In this document: positions 53,259 to 59,215 of the stretch, piece after piece | Numbering within the stretch: the first letter of the stretch is position 1 | Layout of the letters: every line of letters begins with the position of its first letter | IMG/VR virus record: IMGVR_UViG_3300021961_000106 | Span: 1-59,215 of that record | Source: a virus | Taxonomy: Duplodnaviria > Caudoviricetes | Reading direction: 5' to 3' (one strand) | DNA length: 59,215 nt | Translations under genes and position numbers: made by a program | The notes under the pieces: model-generated | Told to the model about the DNA's origin: nothing | Databases searched by the model: none | What the model saw: only the letters and a program-made list of their open reading frames with translations

Positions 53259-55454
53259 CTATTTCCTTATCTCGCTAACATAACCCTTGTTGGAGTAGGT
53301 AGGTAGCTTGATACTAATCTTTTCACTTTTAGTGTCTGTGTTTAGTATGAACTTTTGATTTGCCATCAGTGCTAAACCAGAACTAATAGCTGCGTCATAC
53401 TTTGTTCGATTGTTAATATCAAAGCGAGCCCAGTCTTGTAGAGTCCTTGAAAAGTACATGTTCCCTATCTCGTCGGGCTCTCTGTATGTCCCGTCCATGT
53501 CAAAGCCAACGTATTTCTCGATATAAGCCTCAATAGAGGTCGCGTGAGCCTGTTTCACGTCCTCGGACGAGTTAGGTATACCCCCGAGCTCTTTCTCGGT
53601 CTTAGAGAGCATATTTACCTTTCTGTCTGGCCTGTTCATAGAAAACGGTCTGTAGCCCCTTTCCTTGAAATAGTACAGCAGTCGAGCCTTGTTGTTCTCG
53701 GCAAGGATCGGCATACCATAAAAGTGACAGGCCATCAGAACCTCCTCAAAGAATATCTCTGCTGTCTGTGGCCTTGCCACATACTCCAAGAAGAATGTGT
53801 TGCTTGGACCCTCGTCCATGTGGAACTTCGTCATGCCATGCAGAGCACCTGCCGACCCCCTGCCAAATGTTACAGCAGAGATGTCATACGGGTCACAGCC
53901 AAATGAGCCCATGTGCTCGTTGCCAGGATACTTCAGTCCATTTCTTGTGATGACTTTGTTTCGCTGGTGCTGCGACGGGAGCCAAGAAACGAGAAATCGA
54001 CCACTTGGGTCAGGCGTCCAAATAACTTCTGTGTCTTGCTTGCCATCTCTCCAGTGAAATCGCCCACGAGTGAGCACACGGTCTTTAATAAGTGTGTCAT
54101 TATAGTCTATCTGTTGATATATCTTAGTTAGGTTGAACAAAGAGTTCTTGCTCTCGTCCCTGAATGCGTGCGCCTCTGTGCGGGGGAACTGACGATAGAA
54201 CTCGTTGAGTGCGTCTGAATCGCTTTTGAGAGACTTGACTTCGTTCTCCCAGTACTGGACTACGCTGATGTCCACGTAGTTCCCTTCTGAGTTTATCACG
54301 TCCTCTCCGTTAGTCTCAAGGATAGGCCAGCCGTACTCATCAAAGTACCCTTCAAAGTTCCACTCCATTGGAATAAACAGAGCATACAGGCCGCTCTTGG
54401 TCTGCCCGTTTGCATTTCTGTTAGATGGGTTAGAGTCCTCGTATAGTCTCTTGAAGTTGTCACCACCTCTATCTAATGCATTGCAGGTAGAGCCCATCAT
54501 GCACTTACCAATGACCTTACTACCCAAGCGCAAACACGTCTTGGTTACACGCCAGTTGTTTAGAATGTTGTTAGGCTTTTCCCACTTTCCGCTCTCGTCA
54601 TGGACCAGCATACGCATCTTCTCGCCGTCATAGCTGTTGTCGTCTGTATTGCGCCAGTCAATGGTGGTATCAAGACCCTCCAAGTCCTCCTCCTCTTTCG
54701 TGTCTATGTTCTTTCGTGTAATCTTAGACGCAGGAACACGGTATGCTAGCTCTGTCTTTGGCTTGTCCATACCGTCTTGGATAGGCTTGAAGAAGAATGG
54801 GTAGTTGCTTGAGATTGGCACCACCTTGTCGGTGAACATCTTCTTGGCGTCAGCACCTGTCTTGGAGAGTATGCCAAAGCGTGAGTCACGGGTGATTGTA
54901 CCTTGGTTTACCATCTCTGCGCTTGACATGAACGAGAAACCAGAACGTCGGTTCTTTAGGTAGCACATTCCGAAGCTTCTCATGTCAGCTTTACATGCTT
55001 CCCAAAAGATGAAGAATATTCGGTTGGCCTCACGAAACTCTGGGTGACCTACGTCAATCTTCGTCCACTGTAAGTACATATAGTGGCTACCTGTGATATA
55101 AGTAGGCTTGCCGTTGTTCATGAACCAGTGACCATTGTCTCTACGATCAAACTCCTGCTCGATGTAGTCTACCCACTTAGCCTTGAACGCATTGTCTCTG
55201 CGGTTCCAGTCGAATATGCTCTTGACCTTCTCGAGCTCCTTTGGGAGTTCTTTTGGAGCCCATTTGTTAGACTTGGTGTCTATTGGGTCACTAAGCTTAG
55301 GAAGACCAACCTTGAGTCCATTGATGTTATACACCTCTCCAACGGTTCCATCCTTAGAGATGACAACCATGTCGGTATCAGCGTCATAGCCGTAGCTCCA
55401 GTGCTTGCGCCTTGGAAGCTTCTCGTCTAATATCTCATACAAGCCATAGTTCAC
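53259..55454 (-). CDS. terL: Terminase large subunit
   Basis: KNRRSGFS Walker A variant, LVHDESGK Walker B, MGST, FGCDPYD nuclease motif. Confidence 0.9.
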   Translation of the reverse strand: MNYGLYEILDEKLPRRKHWSYGYDADTDMVVISKDGTVGEVYNINGLKVGLPKLSDPIDTKSNKWAPKELPKELEKVKSIFDWNRRDNAFKAKWVDYIEQEFDRRDNGHWFMNNGKPTYITGSHYMYLQWTKIDVGHPEFREANRIFFIFWEACKADMRSFGMCYLKNRRSGFSFMSSAEMVNQGTITRDSRFGILSKTGADAKKMFTDKVVPISSNYPFFFKPIQDGMDKPKTELAYRVPASKITRKNIDTKEEEDLEGLDTTIDWRNTDDNSYDGEKMRMLVHDESGKWEKPNNILNNWRVTKTCLRLGSKVIGKCMMGSTCNALDRGGDNFKRLYEDSNPSNRNANGQTKSGLYALFIPMEWNFEGYFDEYGWPILETNGEDVINSEGNYVDISVVQYWENEVKSLKSDSDALNEFYRQFPRTEAHAFRDESKNSLFNLTKIYQQIDYNDTLIKDRVLTRGRFHWRDGKQDTEVIWTPDPSGRFLVSWLPSQHQRNKVITRNGLKYPGNEHMGSFGCDPYDISAVTFGRGSAGALHGMTKFHMDEGPSNTFFLEYVARPQTAEIFFEEVLMACHFYGMPILAENNKARLLYYFKERGYRPFSMNRPDRKVNMLSKTEKELGGIPNSSEDVKQAHATSIEAYIEKYVGFDMDGTYREPDEIGNMYFSRTLQDWARFDINNRTKYDAAISSGLALMANQKFILNTDTKSEKISIKLPTYSNKGYVSEIRK

Positions 55455-55738
55455 TTGCTACGCCTTTCCGCAAATCCTTTTGTAGATGTAATAGACTCTG
55501 ATACCACAGAGTCCTCAGAGGCTAGCATATTGCGCTCCTCGTCTATTCTGCGAAGAATATCGAACGCGTCCATAATGGCCAATCGCTTGGCAGCAGCAGC
55601 GTTCTTTAGCCTATCGGCAGCCAGATCACTCTCCATGTCGCCAGTTACAATAGGTTCCTTAGCGACCTTGATGAGCTCCTTTACAGCATGCTCGCCAGCT
55701 GAGATAATCTCCTCTTTTAGCTTTCTTGTATTAGACAT
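55451..55738 (-). CDS. Probable terminase small subunit
   Basis: 95-aa helical ORF overlapping the TerL start. Confidence 0.55.
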   Translation of the reverse strand: MSNTRKLKEEIISAGEHAVKELIKVAKEPIVTGDMESDLAADRLKNAAAAKRLAIMDAFDILRRIDEERNMLASEDSVVSESITSTKGFAERRSK

Positions 55739-56292
55739 ATATTTGAATCGTACATTCTGTAAAGTTTCTCGCCGTCTATCCGAAACTCATACTCGGACTC
55801 TGGCTGAAACGAAATAACAGCTCCAGGTTCTACACCAAGATCCTGTAGCCTTGCATTTGGGTAAACCATGTGGCCCCATAGCTCACGTTCTTCACCCTTG
55901 CGTTTTATGAATGTGTCTTCTTCGTGCTTGATTGGCTTTACAAAGCAGTAACGCCCAACAGGGACCCATGTCTCTCCAGGCTTTCGGTATGCATACATCT
56001 GCATATCGTCAAGATAGTATAGGTTCTCTCTGATGAAGGAGTAGGAGTCAATCTCCTTTCCTCTCATATCAAACATCTTACGAAAAACATTGTGATGAAC
56101 AATAACATCATCACCGATAGCGATAGGACCGCTATATCCGAAGGGGACATTAATGACTTTGGCGAGCCTGCTCGTGACGGTATGGTCCTCTTGCGAGGTG
56201 CTGATGATGAACTCCTTGCCTCCGTAGTTCCGAGTGTTGTCGTACCTTTTTCCATCCACAGGCTCTACCACAAAATAGTAGAGCGATTGCAT
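55717..56292 (-). CDS. Tandem double GroES-like protein
   Basis: Two Cpn10-like halves (F+VEP...AKV..VP....I.IGD.V.V; P.GRYCFVKP...G.+V.....GV.PG.V+.F.....F.IDGEKLY.M....I). Confidence 0.55.
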   Translation of the reverse strand: MQSLYYFVVEPVDGKRYDNTRNYGGKEFIISTSQEDHTVTSRLAKVINVPFGYSGPIAIGDDVIVHHNVFRKMFDMRGKEIDSYSFIRENLYYLDDMQMYAYRKPGETWVPVGRYCFVKPIKHEEDTFIKRKGEERELWGHMVYPNARLQDLGVEPGAVISFQPESEYEFRIDGEKLYRMYDSNICLIQES

Positions 56293-56293
56293 A

Positions 56294-56515
56294 TTAAAAA
56301 TCTATATTGTATTCGATTGAGCATGGCATAGATGGCATGAAAGCCTTCCACAACATGATCTCTTTACCTTCATTCATAACCCAAACCTGGACAGCTCCTT
56401 CTTTTGTTTGGATAATGTTGGTTACAGTATGGGTGCCATTAAGGATTGTTTGACCCTTAATATAGTTCATGGCATTCTTGTAGTCAGATCCGATTGAAAT
56501 TTTGCGAATGTCCAT
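56294..56515 (-). CDS. Hypothetical protein
   Basis: IRKISIGSDYKNAM.Y..GQ; packed ORF. Confidence 0.6.
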   Translation of the reverse strand: MDIRKISIGSDYKNAMNYIKGQTILNGTHTVTNIIQTKEGAVQVWVMNEGKEIMLWKAFMPSMPCSIEYNIDF

Positions 56516-56516
56516 A

Positions 56517-57122
56517 TTAGGCTCCTATCTTCCAAATCTGCAAATTAGCAGATGGCACGTTGTCCCAGCTACTTGCAGTAACGTGATCGTACAAACCGCC
56601 ATCATTTACTCCAGAGCTATCACGCAAGATTTCAAATGTAAATGTAGTGCCTGCTACAGATACATAAAAAGGAATGGTGATTTCGTATGGCATCATAGAT
56701 TGGCTTGTTCCAATGTCAAACCCTTTTACAACGCCAACAGGAGTTCCATTTACCAATGGACGAAACAACAAAGTAGCGACCCCGCCAGATCCAGAGCGCT
56801 CTACATTACCCATTCCATTCACAAGGTAAAGTCCTGTTTGGTTGAACGTAACTAAACCAGCTGCGCTAACCATTACAGGGTCAGAAGACGTTCCTTGTGC
56901 GGCTCCAAAGTTTACCTGGAGAGCGACATCAAGTCCACTTGGCACTTGATCGCTATAGCTGGCAGCATTAAGCACTTGGGTGGCAGACATTTGTCCGCCA
57001 ACAAAAGCAGCAATGCTTGATACCGTAAAGTTCTTGGTAGCGTCAGATGCGCTTGTATCAGTTCCGATGAGAAGGTCAGTCCCGGTAGGAGTGACGGCAG
57101 CGTATGAAGAGATCTTAGTCAT
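56517..57122 (-). CDS. Probable fibre/decoration protein (C1q/BclA-like beta C-terminus)
   Basis: KISSY......DLLIGTD......TKNF N-terminal anchor; VTFNQTGLY. Confidence 0.55.
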   Translation of the reverse strand: MTKISSYAAVTPTGTDLLIGTDTSASDATKNFTVSSIAAFVGGQMSATQVLNAASYSDQVPSGLDVALQVNFGAAQGTSSDPVMVSAAGLVTFNQTGLYLVNGMGNVERSGSGGVATLLFRPLVNGTPVGVVKGFDIGTSQSMMPYEITIPFYVSVAGTTFTFEILRDSSGVNDGGLYDHVTASSWDNVPSANLQIWKIGA

Positions 57123-57336
57123 TGATTTGTCCTGTTTGCATGTTTATCTTTACGTCTCCATACTTGGTGTGTAGACCGGCTTGGAAGTCTCCTAGCTCTG
57201 TCATCACCGCCTCATACTCGACGACTTTTTTTAGTTTGTGCATCTCCACCTGGGCAATGTCTTGCTCAAGGGTTCTGCGTCTTTCGACCAATTGCCTCAA
57301 CTGGTCAAATTCATTTGATTCTAATTGCTTATCCAT
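57115..57336 (-). CDS. Small coiled-coil protein
   Basis: Ends with L..KYG.V.IN..TG.I. Confidence 0.6.
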   Translation of the reverse strand: MDKQLESNEFDQLRQLVERRRTLEQDIAQVEMHKLKKVVEYEAVMTELGDFQAGLHTKYGDVKINMQTGQIND

Positions 57337-57740
57337 TTGCCTACAAATTTAAGCAAATTTGTGATGGCAACCAATGCAAACAAAATAAGTAACCATTTGA
57401 GGGTTACCTGCCAGTCACACTTCTTCTCAGTGATCATGACCTGTGGCGGTAATGTCTTGGTGATTCGTACCGTATCCGCCTTACACTTGGTATATACTTT
57501 TATGATATCCTTTTCTCGTATCACTTGAGTATATACGAACGAGTCTTCCAATGTAACAGTGTCGTACTCAGTCGTCAAGAAGGTGTCGTGCAATACCTTC
57601 TCCTCACGAATAATGATCGTGTCGAAAACCGTAACGTGCGTTAGGATTCCAGGCTCCTTCTTTACGGCCCTTTTGATGTGCCAGTTGGCAGAGCAGGACG
57701 TAAGAAGCAGCGCAATTAAAATAGATTGCAGTGCGCGCAT
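57321..57740 (-). CDS. Lipoprotein with C-terminal TM (unimolecular-spanin-like architecture)
   Basis: Lipobox LLTSC, beta-rich DT repeats, hydrophobic WLLILFALVAI. Confidence 0.55.
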   Translation of the reverse strand: MRALQSILIALLLTSCSANWHIKRAVKKEPGILTHVTVFDTIIIREEKVLHDTFLTTEYDTVTLEDSFVYTQVIREKDIIKVYTKCKADTVRITKTLPPQVMITEKKCDWQVTLKWLLILFALVAITNLLKFVGKWISN

Positions 57741-57804
57741 GCTAGTTACTTCTTAGGCTTAGGCATCGTAGCTGCCTTGATTTTTGAGGTGCAGGGTTTG
57801 CTTT

Positions 57805-57954
57805 TCATTTCTTTTTCTTTTTAGACATCATCATTTTCTCTTTCTTTTCCATGCTCTTGCCTTCGGCTTTCTCATGCATTTTCATTTGTCTCTTTGAGCC
57901 GTAGGACTCCATCCCACCGTACTCTTTAATCATTTTCTTCTTTGGGTTCTTCAT
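57805..57954 (-). CDS. Very basic 49-aa protein
   Basis: MKNPKKKMIKEYGG...MKMHEKAEGK...SKKKKK. Confidence 0.55.
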   Translation of the reverse strand: MKNPKKKMIKEYGGMESYGSKRQMKMHEKAEGKSMEKKEKMMMSKKKKK

Positions 57955-57955
57955 A

Positions 57956-58261
57956 TTAACTTCCTTTCTTCCATTTTTTGCTTGGAGAAGCGGTCTTGCT
58001 AGGACTCCATTTAACTTTATCTGCCCAATAGGCAGCAGACATCTTTCCTTTAGAAATGTTCTTTGCGTGACGAGACTTAAATGCCTCACGCTGACCAGCC
58101 GTTTGGTTGGTCTTTACGCCTTGTTGACCAAAGCGAATAGTCTTTACCTTGTCACCTTCTTTAGCCACAACAACATGGCTTTTCTTTGGGTGACTTGGAG
58201 TTCTCTTAGGCTTGTTAAACCCAGACACGCCAGCTCGAACTAAGCGAGGATCTTTAGCCAT
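57956..58261 (-). CDS. Basic protein with RFGQQG...F.SRH...SAAYWA.K.KW motif
   Basis: Start reset to MAKDPRL after an A-tract. Confidence 0.65.
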   Translation of the reverse strand: MAKDPRLVRAGVSGFNKPKRTPSHPKKSHVVVAKEGDKVKTIRFGQQGVKTNQTAGQREAFKSRHAKNISKGKMSAAYWADKVKWSPSKTASPSKKWKKGS

Positions 58262-58319
58262 TTTGTTTGTTTTTTTTTTTATTTTGGGACAGGCATTAAA
58301 GCCTGTCCCAAAATGGATC

Positions 58320-58499
58320 TTACCTTTTCTTTGCCTTTTTATAAAGCTGTCCGCTCGGTGTTGCGTAATCTGCTTTCTTAGCCAAGTATTTGTACTCGGC
58401 TTTTTTACCAGCAACCTTACCAACAACTTTACCAACAGCTCTACGAGTGGCTGGCAATTTTTTCATTCCCGCAGGGGGAGTAGACTTTGTGTTTTTCAT
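58320..58499 (-). CDS. Very basic 59-aa protein
   Basis: Manual read MKNTKSTPPAGMKKLPATRRAVGKVVGKVAGKK... Confidence 0.5.
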   Translation of the reverse strand: MKNTKSTPPAGMKKLPATRRAVGKVVGKVAGKKAEYKYLAKKADYATPSGQLYKKAKKR

Positions 58500-58518
58500 A
58501 TTTTTGTTTTTAAAAGGG

Positions 58519-58740
58519 TTATTTATTTGCGAACTTCTCCAGCACAGAGCCGAAGACGGTTGACATTACCAGGTACTCAACAGCGCTCACCAGCTCAGGG
58601 CTAGGCGCAATATCAATACTGGAAAAAGAATTAGCGACCATAGTAGCAACCAAAGCCAAGAAACCGATGGATCCGAGGACTCGTTTGTGTGAGATGTCTC
58701 CGTCCTTTGAAGAGATCATTTGTTTAAAAAAGTTTTTCAT
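58519..58740 (-). CDS. Holin-like two-TM protein
   Basis: G.IS.KR followed by two hydrophobic helices. Confidence 0.55.
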   Translation of the reverse strand: MKNFFKQMISSKDGDISHKRVLGSIGFLALVATMVANSFSSIDIAPSPELVSAVEYLVMSTVFGSVLEKFANK

Positions 58741-59090
58741 TTCTCGTTTATTTTCATCATGTTGGACGTGCGAACAGAGTCATCAAACCACTGCTCACGA
58801 TCCTTTGGAACTTCAATGTTATTGGTCTCGAGAACGACCATCAAAAGCTCGGTCTTCTTCTTCATCTCCTCAGCCTCCTGCTTTACCTCCTCCATCTTAG
58901 TAACGACCTCCTCAATGGCAGCATCGTTCATCTCTTTGACCTCCTCGATGGCAGCCTTGGTCATCTCAATGCTGGCCCGAGCGTGATCGAGCTGCATGGA
59001 GTACTTTTTGTACGGATCAGCAGAGCTAAGCTCTGGAGCGACAGGAACAGCAGCAGCTGTCAAAGATGCAAGCAAAATGATGTGTTTCAT
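58737..59090 (-). CDS. Signal-anchored coiled-coil protein (spanin-like)
   Basis: N-terminal hydrophobic segment and long coil; adjacent to the holin-like gene. Confidence 0.45.
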   Translation of the reverse strand: MKHIILLASLTAAAVPVAPELSSADPYKKYSMQLDHARASIEMTKAAIEEVKEMNDAAIEEVVTKMEEVKQEAEEMKKKTELLMVVLETNNIEVPKDREQWFDDSVRTSNMMKINEK

Positions 59091-59215
59091 TATTTGATAA
59101 TGCCCATTTTTTGGTATGTTGTTAACTCAGCACGAAGCGCAGACGAGATGGAGTCTTGCGTCTTGAGCATGGAAGAAAACTGATCCAGTTTAGCTTCGCA
59201 TTTACTCAAGCGATC
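59090..59215 (-). CDS. C-terminal part of a coiled-coil protein (starts outside window)
   Basis: ...DRLSKCEAKLDQFSSMLKTQDSISSALRAELTTYQKMGIIK*. Confidence 0.5.
   Translation of the reverse strand, partial: DRLSKCEAKLDQFSSMLKTQDSISSALRAELTTYQKMGIIK

Noticed and set aside
1-59215. Stop-codon reassignment
   Set aside because: Long genes are intact under the standard code, and TAA, TAG and TGA all end genes.

Overview
Most of a lytic, podovirus-type tailed phage genome, probably infecting a Bacteroidota (Flavobacteria-like) host. The host call rests on TAnnTTTG promoters, A-rich start regions without Shine-Dalgarno sequences, and a BT4734/VirE-N primase. The plus-strand arm (8.3-27.1 kb) holds small early genes, then recombination, replication and nucleotide genes: Sak, a PD-(D/E)XK exonuclease, SSB, primase-helicase, SNF2 helicase, VRR-NUC, NrdJ, dCMP deaminase and a metallophosphoesterase. 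No DNA or RNA polymerase is recognisable. The minus-strand late arm (59.2-27.1 kb and 7.0-0 kb) holds lysis genes, terminase, portal, scaffold, major capsid, tail proteins, three ejection-type proteins including a 3,368-aa polyvalent protein, GroEL/GroES, an amidase and head-spike/fibre modules. The most striking signal is in the early operon: four anticodon-less mini-tRNA mimics (12-position acceptor/T stack, 7-nt T-loop, NCCA) and a complete hammerhead ribozyme, each just upstream of a start codon, suggesting an RNA-encoded processing or decoy system. Other notable structures are a small-gene cassette island with repeated junctions and an empty cassette, two inverted origin-like AT-rich elements, a Fur-box-like palindrome at the early promoter, GATC/AGCT depletion in the early region, and many near-leaderless late promoters. 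All family calls come from motif recognition; no database searches were run.
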